The notes below the pieces were generated by a model that was given only the letters and a program-made list of their open reading frames with translations, was not told where the DNA came from and made no database searches. A program made the position numbers and the translations under genes. From Kofleriaceae bacterium (GTDB lineage: Bacteria; Myxococcota_A; Polyangia; Haliangiales; Haliangiaceae), in contig CBDCCZ010000043.1 in the NCBI GenBank assembly GCA_965215005.1, positions 1 to 64,000 of the forward strand: a DNA stretch of 64,000 bases, in the 5' to 3' direction. Below are positions 22,372-31,468 of this stretch, piece after piece (within the stretch, counting starts at the first letter, position 1; each line of letters opens with the position of its first letter).

Positions 22372-24393
22372 CTATTGCACGGGCGTGATGGTGACGCGAA
22401 CCACGTCGTTAACGGGTGGGTAGATCCACACCGGATCGTCGAGCTCGCGGACCGAGCCGTCACCTTCGGGCGCGCCGGTGTTGGGCATGCCGCGGGGCGC
22501 TTGATTGGCGCCAGCGGCGCCGGCTTCATTGGTCTCGGTACCCGCATCCCAAGCGCCGAGGGCCGCGGCGACGTCGGCGGCGATATCGGCTTCAGAGCGA
22601 CGTGCGCCAGCAGCATCGAGCAGCTCGATGCCGGTGGCACCAAGTGCGACGAAAGCGTCGTTGGACGGCACGATCATGCTGGCAACGTTGAGATACCGAT
22701 TGGCGGCATCGGCGGTGACCGTGAAAGTGACCTCCGCGCCTGGCATCAGCGGCCCTGCTCCGGCAACTCCGGCCATGCCCACCGCGGTATTGCCTCGCAG
22801 CTCGTCGGCCAGGACTGCCGCGTTGCCATCCTCGGCAAGAGCCTCGAGCCCCTCGCTGGCGGCCGCGCCACCTTCGAACAGCATCACCGAGCCATCGTGC
22901 ACGGCGTAGAGAGGCGGCGAGAGCACGCCGGGGTACGCAGAGCCACCGCTGGTGTTGCGAATCGTGACGTCAAAGCTATCCGCCGCGGCACCATAATCGA
23001 TTGTCACGGTGAGAAATCCGCCGGCGTTCTCGCCTGCAAGGTCATTGGTAGCGTCCATATAGCGACGCACTTCGGTGTTGGGATCGACCGGACCAGTGTT
23101 GGGAGCACCTTGCCGCGGCGTTCCGTTGCCGCCGACGCCCGCCTGATTGGGACCCACGCCGGGCACTTCATTGGCCTCGGTTCCCGCGTCCCACACTGCG
23201 AGCAGCCGCTTCATGTCGGCTGCCACGTCTGCGGCCGGGCGCGCATTGCCGGCTTCGTCGATCAGCAGCACGCCAGACGGCGGAAACGCGAGAAACGCAT
23301 CGTTGGTCTCGACCACCATGGTCGCGATCGAGAGCCGCGGATACTCAGCGCTGGGAGTGACCATGAACGTGTATGAATCACCCGGCAACGCCGGACCGTC
23401 GGCGCCTGGATTGGCCGCCGTGCGAGCTTGCGCTCCCGCGGTGCCCACGCCGGCCGCTCCGCTGTGCGAGGCAACCAGTGCCGCGGGCGAGCCATCCTCT
23501 GCGAGATTCTCGAGCCCCGCTCCAGCGTCAGCTTCGCCCTCGGTGAAGAGTGACCAGCTATCGCCGTGGGTTGCAAAGAACACCGGCGCCAGCGGCGTGA
23601 GCAGAGTGCCGCGATCGCCAGAGATATTGCTCACGGTGATGGTGAAGGTGCCATCGGCCTCTTCGACCGCGACATCGGCGATGAGGCCGGCGAGCGGCAG
23701 ACCGCGGGTCGTAGACGAAAACGGCGCCACGACACCTTCGGCCGGGCCAGATTCTGGGCCTCCGCGAGGCGCTTGCTGCGCACCGTCGCCCGGCGCCTCA
23801 TCCTGCTCGGTGCCCGCGTCCCAGAGCGCGATCAGATCGGTGATGTCGCGCTCTGCAAGCGGCTCTCCCGCGTCATCGAAGAGCTCGATGCCTGCGGGCG
23901 CCGGCGCCAGAAATACATCATTGGATTGCACGAACATCGTCGCCAGCGACAGTCGCTGTGCCGCCTCCGCGGTGAACTCTAGCTCGTAAGCTTGTCCGGG
24001 CATGAGCGGCCCCGGCATCGAAGCGCCCTCGGGGGTATTGAACGCTCCGCTCGAGGGGACTGCAGTGGCTAGATAATCGGCCATGGGCGCGGGATTGCCA
24101 TCCTCAGCGATGGCTTCTAGACCGTTTGCCGCCGGCTCGCCCACTGTGAACAGCTGTACATCGGCGCCGTGCGTCGCCCAAACTCCGGGCGAGATTGGCG
24201 TGGGCAATGCGCTCTGGTCGGAAATGTTTTCGATGCGCAGGCGGAAGGTCTGCTCTGCGGCGGGATTGGGACCGGGTCCAGCGTCGGGGTCGGCGGGACG
24301 ATCGACATCATCGTCATCGCCACAGGCTGTCATCCCAAACGACGTCAAACCGGCCATGCACGCCGTTAACAAAAGCTTACGAGTAAGAATCAC
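22372..24393 (-). CDS. Lipoprotein with three tandem spondin_N-like domains
   Basis: Signal ending TAC then GDDD. Three repeats of H...LFxxG...GLExxAEDG...A(T/S)M..(S/T)ND.F...WDAGTE. Confidence 0.88.
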   Translation of the reverse strand: MILTRKLLLTACMAGLTSFGMTACGDDDDVDRPADPDAGPGPNPAAEQTFRLRIENISDQSALPTPISPGVWATHGADVQLFTVGEPAANGLEAIAEDGNPAPMADYLATAVPSSGAFNTPEGASMPGPLMPGQAYELEFTAEAAQRLSLATMFVQSNDVFLAPAPAGIELFDDAGEPLAERDITDLIALWDAGTEQDEAPGDGAQQAPRGGPESGPAEGVVAPFSSTTRGLPLAGLIADVAVEEADGTFTITVSNISGDRGTLLTPLAPVFFATHGDSWSLFTEGEADAGAGLENLAEDGSPAALVASHSGAAGVGTAGAQARTAANPGADGPALPGDSYTFMVTPSAEYPRLSIATMVVETNDAFLAFPPSGVLLIDEAGNARPAADVAADMKRLLAVWDAGTEANEVPGVGPNQAGVGGNGTPRQGAPNTGPVDPNTEVRRYMDATNDLAGENAGGFLTVTIDYGAAADSFDVTIRNTSGGSAYPGVLSPPLYAVHDGSVMLFEGGAAASEGLEALAEDGNAAVLADELRGNTAVGMAGVAGAGPLMPGAEVTFTVTADAANRYLNVASMIVPSNDAFVALGATGIELLDAAGARRSEADIAADVAAALGAWDAGTETNEAGAAGANQAPRGMPNTGAPEGDGSVRELDDPVWIYPPVNDVVRVTITPVQ

Positions 24394-24480
24394 GATCTCC
24401 TCCTTCTATGGCGCTCGCAGCGAGCGCGCCGTGCTCGAGCCTCGGCACGCTCAGGAAGCGCACCGGTCGATAGTGGAAGA

Positions 24481-24508
24481 GTTACGACATCAGCCCGCTG
24501 CGGTTACA
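24481..24508 (-). promoter_or_regulatory. Putative ECF sigma-factor promoter for the spondin gene
   Basis: Minus strand reads TGTAAC-N16-CGTAAC, the AAC...CGT pattern typical of ECF promoters, about 90 nt upstream of the start. Confidence 0.45.
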
Positions 24509-24662
24509 CCGCTTTGGAGGTAACCGCATCCGTCCTGCCTACTCGTCCTTAGGAGCAACGCCAATCGCCGCGTTAGCATCGCTGCATGGATCGTATTCGT
24601 CGCGCTCCGCGAGCCTATTCTCCTCACGCGGATGTAACCCTCGTCACCCTCGGAGCCTTCTG

Positions 24663-25505
24663 ATGGCGCCGCAACCCATACGCGTCGCCGAGCTCATCGA
24701 TACCTATGACGGCGTATTGCTCGACGCATATGGCGTGTTGGTCGACGCGCGGGGAGCTCTCGAAGGCGCGGTCGAGCTGATCGAAGCGCTCGAGCGCCGC
24801 GGTCGCCATTGGCAAATCGTCACCAACGATTCCTCACGCACGCTTGCGACCAGTGCAGCGCGTTTTCAACGGCTCGGCATTGCTGCCAACGAGGATCGCA
24901 TCGTGACTTCCGGCGCACTACTCACACCCTTCTTTCGCCAACGTGGGCTCGACGGAGCCCGCTGCATGGTGCTTGGCCCGCGAGATTCGGAGCTTTACGT
25001 CGAGGAAGCGGGCGGTGAGGTCGTAGCAATCGAGCCAAGCGGCGACTGCGACGTGGTGATCATCGGTGACGACGAGGGCTATCCCTTTTTGGCCGGCATC
25101 GAGGCGGTCATGGGCGTGTTGTTTCGCCGCTTCGACCGCGGCGACGACACCGTGCTGGTGTGTCCCAATCCCGATCTCATCTATCCCAAAGGCAAGGACG
25201 AGTTTGGTTTCACCAGCGGCGCCGTGGCGTTGCTACTCGAGCAGGCGTTAACGCGCCGCTACCGACGACGCTTCGAGTTCATCCGGCTCGGCAAGCCGCG
25301 GCCAACGATCTTCGAGTACGCCCGCGAGCGAGCGCCCTCCGACTCGCTGGTGATGATCGGCGATCAGCAAGAAACCGACATTGCTGGTGCACGCGCCGCA
25401 GGGCTCGACTCAGCGCTGCTAACCACCGGCGTGAGCCGCTGGCACGACAGCAATCCCGAGGGAGCTCAACCGACCTACCTATTGGATTCCATCGTGCTCA
25501 CCTGA
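24663..25505 (+). CDS. HAD-IIA family hydrolase
   Basis: LLDAYGVL, VTND, NPD, GKP and MIGDQQETDI. Confidence 0.9.
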   Translation: MAPQPIRVAELIDTYDGVLLDAYGVLVDARGALEGAVELIEALERRGRHWQIVTNDSSRTLATSAARFQRLGIAANEDRIVTSGALLTPFFRQRGLDGARCMVLGPRDSELYVEEAGGEVVAIEPSGDCDVVIIGDDEGYPFLAGIEAVMGVLFRRFDRGDDTVLVCPNPDLIYPKGKDEFGFTSGAVALLLEQALTRRYRRRFEFIRLGKPRPTIFEYARERAPSDSLVMIGDQQETDIAGARAAGLDSALLTTGVSRWHDSNPEGAQPTYLLDSIVLT

Positions 25506-26384
25506 GGGCTGGCCCGCGAGCCATTCGCCGATGTCTGCGGGCCACTCGGCCTCAAAGCGCAGCATTTCACCGCTCGTGGAATGCACGAATCCAAGCGTGC
25601 GCGCGTGCAGCGCCATGCGTGGCGGCTCGATGGGCGCGCGACTGCCGTACTGCGGATCGGCAAGCACGGGATGGCCAAGGCCGAGACAGTGAAGGCGGAT
25701 TTGATGAGTTCTGCCAGTATGCAGCTCGGCATCGAGCTCGGAGAAGGTTGGCCACCGGCGTCGCGTGGTGAGGATGGTCCGCGCCTCGCGCCCGGCAACC
25801 GGCGCGGTGACCGCGAGCTCCACGGCGTCCAGCTGACCGGCTACCAACGCGACATACCGGCGCTCGATATCGTGGACGCGAAAGCGCTCGGCAAGCGCGC
25901 GATTGGCCTCCTCGGTGCGCGCAAAGACGAGCAAACCGCTGGTCTGTAAATCCAGCCGATGCACCACGAACACCGGCGCGCCAACCGCCGGATGAGCCAG
26001 CAGCTCGGACACCGCATTGCCGCGATCGCTCTCCGGCGTGGGTGCCGACAACAGCCCCGCCGGCTTGTGCACGACCACCAGCTGCGCATCGCAGTGCACG
26101 AGCTCCAAGCTCGGCAGCGCAGCCGCATCACGCTCGCGCGCCTGCCGCCCGACGCTCTTGGTCGCCCGCTCGAGCGCCCCGCCGAGATGAGCCTCGATCC
26201 TCTGCCCCGGCCACATCCGACGTCCAGCGACCTTCACCCGCTTGCCGTCGACGAACACACCGCCGATGTCGAGTAGCACCCGAGCTTGCCGGCGCGACAA
26301 ACTTTCGATGCACGCCGCCAACACCTGATCGAGGCGCTTGCCGCGCTGGGCATCGGGAACCTCGAAGCGAACTGTTTTCGACAT
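25479..26384 (-). CDS. RluA/RluD family pseudouridine synthase with S4 domain
   Basis: RLDQVLA S4 start, KPAG, HRLD catalytic motif and GRTHQIR. Confidence 0.93.
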   Translation of the reverse strand: MSKTVRFEVPDAQRGKRLDQVLAACIESLSRRQARVLLDIGGVFVDGKRVKVAGRRMWPGQRIEAHLGGALERATKSVGRQARERDAAALPSLELVHCDAQLVVVHKPAGLLSAPTPESDRGNAVSELLAHPAVGAPVFVVHRLDLQTSGLLVFARTEEANRALAERFRVHDIERRYVALVAGQLDAVELAVTAPVAGREARTILTTRRRWPTFSELDAELHTGRTHQIRLHCLGLGHPVLADPQYGSRAPIEPPRMALHARTLGFVHSTSGEMLRFEAEWPADIGEWLAGQPSGEHDGIQ

Positions 26385-26404
26385 CTGACTTCTTTGAAAA
26401 GGCG

Positions 26405-27337
26405 CTAATTGTGCTGCGTATGCGACTCGGTGGCTTCTGCTTGCGCGGCGACCCGCTCAATCGCCGCAGCAATTTCATCGGGAACTTCTTCTTGAAGGAA
26501 ATGGCCTGCTCGGGTTCGCGTCACCTTTGCATGCGGCAACAACCGCTCGAGCCGGGTTCTAACGCGACCAAGGATGGGATCGCGATCGCCCCACACCAGC
26601 TCCGCCGGGCCGCGAAAATCGGCGACGAAGCGCTCGCAGTCGTGAAGCGGCGCAATCGAGTCGTGCGTGGTGGAGTTTGGCACCATTCGCGCCAGCCCCA
26701 GAGGCGCGGCCCGCTCACGCAGGTGACGCAGCGGATAGCGGTAAGCGCGCCCGGCCGAGCCGAGCAGGCTCCGCTTGTTGCCCTGCACCAGCGGCATCGC
26801 GTTCTGCGCCAAGCCGGCGCCTTCGAAGAGCAGCCGTGACACCAGCGGCATCTGACTGAGTCGGTGGAACAAAGTAGGCCGAAAACCTGGCTTTGGAGGC
26901 CCAGCCACGGTGTTCATCAGCACCAGACCGCTGACACCTGCCGCGCCGCGCGCCAACGCACAAAGACCAATGGGACCACCCCAGTCCTGCCCAACGAATA
27001 GCAAGTCATCGAGCTCGAGCTGCCGCACCAGCGCGCTCACCCACTCGGCGTGGTTGTCGAGGCGATGCTCCGACAGGCTCCGTGGCTTATCGGAGAAGCC
27101 CAGACCAACCAAATCCGGCATGATCAAACGCAGCGGCTGGCCCGCCAAACAGGCAGCGACCTTGCGATACAAAAAGCTCCAGGTGGGGTTGCCGTGCAGC
27201 AGCAAGACCGGCCGGCCGCGGCCCATTTCCATGACGTGCATGGCGTACCCGCCAACGTCGAGACGATAGCGATCGATGCCCGCTGGCAGCATGGACTCGA
27301 TCCAACCGGGAAGCGCAGGAGCTGGAAGGCGTTGCAC
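26405..27337 (-). CDS. Haloalkane dehalogenase/OleB-like alpha/beta hydrolase
   Basis: LLHGNPTWSFLY, GLGFSDKP, GQDWGG and AGHFLQEE. Confidence 0.88.
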   Translation of the reverse strand: MQRLPAPALPGWIESMLPAGIDRYRLDVGGYAMHVMEMGRGRPVLLLHGNPTWSFLYRKVAACLAGQPLRLIMPDLVGLGFSDKPRSLSEHRLDNHAEWVSALVRQLELDDLLFVGQDWGGPIGLCALARGAAGVSGLVLMNTVAGPPKPGFRPTLFHRLSQMPLVSRLLFEGAGLAQNAMPLVQGNKRSLLGSAGRAYRYPLRHLRERAAPLGLARMVPNSTTHDSIAPLHDCERFVADFRGPAELVWGDRDPILGRVRTRLERLLPHAKVTRTRAGHFLQEEVPDEIAAAIERVAAQAEATESHTQHN

Positions 27338-27380
27338 GCGCCATGTGTACTCGGCCGATGCATCCCACCGCAAGCAAAGA

Positions 27381-28163
27381 TCAACGGCCGGTAAAGACTG
27401 CTTGGCGCCGCTCGACGAACGACTGCACGCCTTCGCGCGCGTCATCGGTCTCCATCAGCGCCCGCGCCCGTGCCATCAGCTGCTCTTTCGCGCGCTGATC
27501 GCCGCCTTCCTCGGCCGATAGCGCCGACTCACGGGTAGCGCGCACCGCAAGAGGTGCTGCGCTCGCAACTCGCTCGGCAAGAGCCAGCGCCGCCTCGAGC
27601 TCGCGTCCGGCGGGCACCACCTCTTCCACCAACCGCATCGCCCGTGCGGTTTCTGCATCGAACTCATCACCGGTGAGCAGATAGCGCATCGCCATACCCC
27701 AACCGGCCGCGCGCGCAAACCGCAACGTCGCGCCGCCAAACGGCATGATGCCGCGACTCACCTCCATTTGGCGAAAGCGCGTGTCGTCGGCTGCTACTCG
27801 AACATCGCATGCAAGTAGCAGCTCGATGCCGATTGTGAGGCACCAGCCGCGCACTGCGGCGACCACTGGTTTGCTCCGTCGCCGGCCAAAGAGGTCGAGC
27901 GGATCCACCGCCGTCTGCGGAAACAGCTCGGTTCCGCTCGCCACCGCCGGACCGACCTCGGCAAGATCGAGGCCCGCGGTGAAGTGCGCACCATGACCAA
28001 ACAAGACTGCGCAGCGCAAGGATTCGTCTTCTTCGAATTCGGTGTAGGCGCGGGCGAGCTCGGAAAGCATCACGAGATTGAACGCATTGCGCTTGTCGGG
28101 CCGATTGAGCCCGATCGCGAAGATGTGACCGCGGCTCTCGGTGGTCAATGTCGAATAGCTCAT
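27381..28163 (-). CDS. Crotonase/enoyl-CoA hydratase family protein
   Basis: LNRPDKRNA, FTAGLDL, GIELLLACD and MEVSRGIMPFGG. Confidence 0.92.
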   Translation of the reverse strand: MSYSTLTTESRGHIFAIGLNRPDKRNAFNLVMLSELARAYTEFEEDESLRCAVLFGHGAHFTAGLDLAEVGPAVASGTELFPQTAVDPLDLFGRRRSKPVVAAVRGWCLTIGIELLLACDVRVAADDTRFRQMEVSRGIMPFGGATLRFARAAGWGMAMRYLLTGDEFDAETARAMRLVEEVVPAGRELEAALALAERVASAAPLAVRATRESALSAEEGGDQRAKEQLMARARALMETDDAREGVQSFVERRQAVFTGR

Positions 28164-28200
28164 GCGCTAAGCGTAGCCGCTGGCAACGCAACCCATCCAG

Positions 28201-28300
28201 TACCCCGCCGCGGGATTCATGACGCAGAAATCCGCCGCCCCATTGCGGGCAAGGGCGGCAGATTTCTGCTGCTCACGCGCCCCCTTCGGCGTCTCCCCAA
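28201..28300. repeat. Structured intergenic element (MITE/REP-like remnant) with long hairpin
   Basis: Stem GCAGAAATC-c-GCCGCCC (28224-28240) pairs with GGGCGGC-a-GATTTCTGC (28253-28269). CCGCCGCGGGATT at 28205 recurs at 28356. Confidence 0.55.
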
Positions 28301-28307
28301 GCGATTG

Positions 28308-28400
28308 TTGCTTTGCTAGCGGTTTGCCGACTTACGCCGGCAAACCACTAATGCACCGCCGCGGGATTTAGGCTTGCCGACTTACGCCGGCAAACACTAG
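28308..28400. repeat. REP-like palindromic repeat, copies 2 and 3
   Basis: CTAGCGGTTTGCCGACTTACGCCGGCAAACCACTA (28316-28350) and GGCTTGCCGACTTACGCCGGCAAACACTAG (28371-28400); core TTGCCG-N8-CGGCAA. Confidence 0.8.
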
Positions 28401-29353
28401 CGCGTGACCTGCCGAAGGCAGCCGACGGCCCGCAGCGCGAGCACCAGCGAGGTCGCACGAGCGGTCATCGGCTCGATCGTCGGTGCTGCAGTCGTAGAGG
28501 TCGCGAAGGCATCGAGCCAGCGCTCGCGGGGTGGACGAGTTAAGATGCCTCCCAGGCTAAACAGCGCCAGGTCAGTGATGCCGGCGTCGCACGCGATGCG
28601 CGCGTCGTCCTCGAGCTCAGCCACCGAACGATACACTGGCTCGTCGCCAAGCGCCCCAACGCCGGTGACGCCGAGGGATAGGCTGGCTTTCTGGCCGAAG
28701 CGTTTGCCTGCGGCGCGCGCAACCAAGCCGAGCAGTGCGGTGGCGTCACGCCGGCGCAGCCAACCGCGGGAATAGCCGACGAGCAGCGAGCTATACATCA
28801 TGATATTGACGCGGTCGAAGGCGGCGAGCGGCGCTCCGAGCAGGCGCTCCCAGCCGCGATCGGAGTACGGCGCGCCAAGCGCGACCATTGGCGGCACGGT
28901 CGCGGTGACCGTCATGCCGCGGGCGTGGGCGTCATCGACGAGCCGCGCCAGGGGCGCCGCCGAGCCGCCGAGCCGCCACACCCGAAGGCAAGCGTGCAGC
29001 TGGCCGGCGAGCACCCCGCGCAAGAGCTCGATGGGCGGCTCGATATCGACGATGAGCTCGCTTGGCAGCACGGAGAGGCTATCGAGAAAGCGGAGCGTGG
29101 CATCGCGAAAATAATGAGCGTTGGCGCGACTGGCCCACCGGCCACGACTATCACTCACGAGATGCCAAATCGCGACGCGGACGCCGTTGTCGCTGCAGCG
29201 ATCTAACATCGCCGCAGCCGCGCCGCGCCGCTCGGGCGTTACCGCCACGTTGAGCCCGATGTTGCGCTCACGTAACGCGCGCAGTAGCGACTCGTCACTC
29301 AACACCGAGTAAGGAACGAGCTCGCTCCAAAGCTGGCGCCGCGCCCTGGTCAC
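28397..29353 (-). CDS. Hypothetical protein, probable glycoside-hydrolase-like TIM barrel
   Basis: 318 aa. LIVDIEP and FDRVNIMMY recall the GH18-type DxE and DxxNxMxY strands. Confidence 0.55.
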   Translation of the reverse strand: MTRARRQLWSELVPYSVLSDESLLRALRERNIGLNVAVTPERRGAAAAMLDRCSDNGVRVAIWHLVSDSRGRWASRANAHYFRDATLRFLDSLSVLPSELIVDIEPPIELLRGVLAGQLHACLRVWRLGGSAAPLARLVDDAHARGMTVTATVPPMVALGAPYSDRGWERLLGAPLAAFDRVNIMMYSSLLVGYSRGWLRRRDATALLGLVARAAGKRFGQKASLSLGVTGVGALGDEPVYRSVAELEDDARIACDAGITDLALFSLGGILTRPPRERWLDAFATSTTAAPTIEPMTARATSLVLALRAVGCLRQVTR

Positions 29354-29367
29354 GTTACGATGCCCTC

Positions 29368-30450
29368 ATGAAGATTCTTTACGGCGTCGTCGGTGAGGGT
29401 ATGGGCCACGCCATCCGCTCGCGCGTCGTGCTGCAGCATCTGTTGGCGCGCGGTCACCAGGTCGAGGTCATGGCCTCGAGTCGCGCCCATGGCTATTTGT
29501 CGCAGCGATTTAGCGGGGTCAACCAGATTCACGGACTGCACCTCGTGAGCGAAGAAAACCGCGTGCGCCTTGGCAAGACGCTGTGGTCCAACCTCGTGGC
29601 TGGCATCGGCGGGGTGCCGCGAAACATCGGCGCGTATTTCGAGCTCCTCGACGATTTTCACCCCGAGGTCGTAATCAGCGACTTCGAATCGTGGAGCTAC
29701 TACTACGGCAAAGCGCACGACTTGCCGACCTTCAGCATCGACAACATGCAGATCATCAATCGCTGCATGCATCCGCCCGAGATCCTCGCCGGACAACGCG
29801 TTCAGTTCGAGCTCGTCCGTGCGTTCGTTAAGAGCAAGCTGCCGTTCTGTCACCACTACCTGATCACTTCTTTCTTTCGCCCGCCGGTGCGCAAAGAGCG
29901 AACGTCGCTGTTCCCGCCCATCTTACGCGACGAGATCCTCCAGGCGACTCCACGCCGCGGCGACCACTTGCTCATCTACCAGACGGGAGAGACGTTCAAG
30001 GAGCTTGCCGATAGCCTGCAACGCGCCGGCATGGAATCGCGCGTGTATGGCATGCGCCGGGAGCTGCAAGCAGATGAGGTTGACGGCAACCTGCGCTTCC
30101 GACCGTTTTCCGAAGAAACGTTCATCGAAGATCTGGCCACCGCGCGCGCAGTCGTCGCTTCAGCAGGATTTACGCTCATGGGTGAAGCAGTCTATCTGCG
30201 CAAACCGATGCTCACGGTGCCACTGGGCAAACAGTTCGAGCAGCTCCTCAACGGCCGCTACCTCGAGCGCGAAGGCTTCGGCATGACCGCCGAGTCCCTC
30301 GCGGGAGGTCGCGTGCTAACCGACTTTCTCGCCAACCTCCCCCGCTACGAAGCCAACTTGACACGCTATGCACAAGCAGGAAACTCCATGCTCTTCGAAG
30401 CCCTCGACATCCACCTCGACCGCGCGGCGCGAGGCGTCTTCCGTGACTGA
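29368..30450 (+). CDS. MJ1255/VC2487-type GT-B glycosyltransferase
   Basis: MKILYGVVGEGMGHAIRS, VISDFE, SIDN, AGFTLMGEA and QFEQLLN. Confidence 0.87.
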   Translation: MKILYGVVGEGMGHAIRSRVVLQHLLARGHQVEVMASSRAHGYLSQRFSGVNQIHGLHLVSEENRVRLGKTLWSNLVAGIGGVPRNIGAYFELLDDFHPEVVISDFESWSYYYGKAHDLPTFSIDNMQIINRCMHPPEILAGQRVQFELVRAFVKSKLPFCHHYLITSFFRPPVRKERTSLFPPILRDEILQATPRRGDHLLIYQTGETFKELADSLQRAGMESRVYGMRRELQADEVDGNLRFRPFSEETFIEDLATARAVVASAGFTLMGEAVYLRKPMLTVPLGKQFEQLLNGRYLEREGFGMTAESLAGGRVLTDFLANLPRYEANLTRYAQAGNSMLFEALDIHLDRAARGVFRD

Positions 30451-31438
30451 TGCCGAGCAGCTCGAACGCATCGCCGCAGTCGTGCGCACGGTAATCGATC
30501 GCGAGTATCCCAGCAAGATCGGACACGTCCTCTTTTCCGCCGAGGATGCGCTGCCGCCGCGGGCCCTCACGCCGGTGTTCTTTGGCTGTTTCGACTGGCA
30601 CTCTGCGGTTCACGCCCACTGGACGTTGGCGCGCTTGCTGCGCGTAAAAGCCGCTCCTGCGCTACGTGCGCGCCTGCACGCTGCCCTCGCCAGCAGTCTC
30701 ACCGCCGACCGCGTTGCTGGCGAGCTAGCCTACCTTCGCCCCCGTCCGAGCTTCGAGATGCCCTATGGCGCCGCCTGGCTGCTTCGCTTGGATGCCGAGC
30801 TCGCCGCCGCGGCGCTGCCGTTTCGCCCAGCCCTGGCGCCGCTAGTGGAGCTCGTGCGCGAGCGCTTCGTCGAGTGGCTAGAGCGACTGCCCTGCCCCAT
30901 CCGCAGCGGTGAGCACAGCCAATCGGCATTCGCCATGACGCTGGCGTTCGACGCCGCGCAAGAGCTCGATGACCGCCCGATGATCGACCTGCTCATCAAA
31001 CGCGCGACGGACTTCTATCTCGGCGATCGGCACGCACCAATCAATTACGAGCCGTCCGCTTATGACTTCTTGTCGCCCGCGCTCGCCGAAGCCGACCTCA
31101 TGCGCCGCGTGCTGCCTACCAATGACTTCTTGCGCTGGCTCGAGGATTTTCTGCCACTCGATGAGAACACGTTCACCCCGGTTTCCTGCGCAGCTCCAGC
31201 CGACGGCAAGCTTGCCCACGCCGATGGCCTCAACCTCTCGCGAGCGTGGATGCTGCGCGACATCGCCCGACTGCTGGGCTCACCCGATCGAGCTCGCCGG
31301 GTCGCGGCGCTCGCCCATGCCCATGCAGCCGCCAGCCTCCCTGCTGCGCGCGGCGCCAACTACGAAGGCACGCACTGGCTCGGAACATTTGCCGTCTATT
31401 GGCTCACAGACCCCAGCCGGCCAGCACAGCAAGCGTAA
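30443..31438 (+). CDS. DUF2891 family protein
   Basis: FFGCFDWHSAVHAHW, FEMPYG, GEHSQSAF, DFLSP, DGKLAHADGLNLSRAW and YEGTHWLGTFA. GTG start overlaps the GT stop. Confidence 0.85.
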   Translation: MTDAEQLERIAAVVRTVIDREYPSKIGHVLFSAEDALPPRALTPVFFGCFDWHSAVHAHWTLARLLRVKAAPALRARLHAALASSLTADRVAGELAYLRPRPSFEMPYGAAWLLRLDAELAAAALPFRPALAPLVELVRERFVEWLERLPCPIRSGEHSQSAFAMTLAFDAAQELDDRPMIDLLIKRATDFYLGDRHAPINYEPSAYDFLSPALAEADLMRRVLPTNDFLRWLEDFLPLDENTFTPVSCAAPADGKLAHADGLNLSRAWMLRDIARLLGSPDRARRVAALAHAHAAASLPAARGANYEGTHWLGTFAVYWLTDPSRPAQQA

Positions 31439-31468
31439 CTGAGCGAGCACGCCTCTGGCGCTCAGGGC

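Noticed and set aside
26405..28163. Olefin (ole) or beta-lactone biosynthetic cluster
   Set aside because: The hydrolase is OleB/haloalkane-dehalogenase-like, but no oleA, oleC or oleD is present.
28316..28400. Repeat-spacer-repeat pattern as a mini CRISPR array
   Set aside because: Only two unequal palindromic copies, a 20-nt spacer that is itself repeated locally, a third copy 15.7 kb away, and no cas genes.
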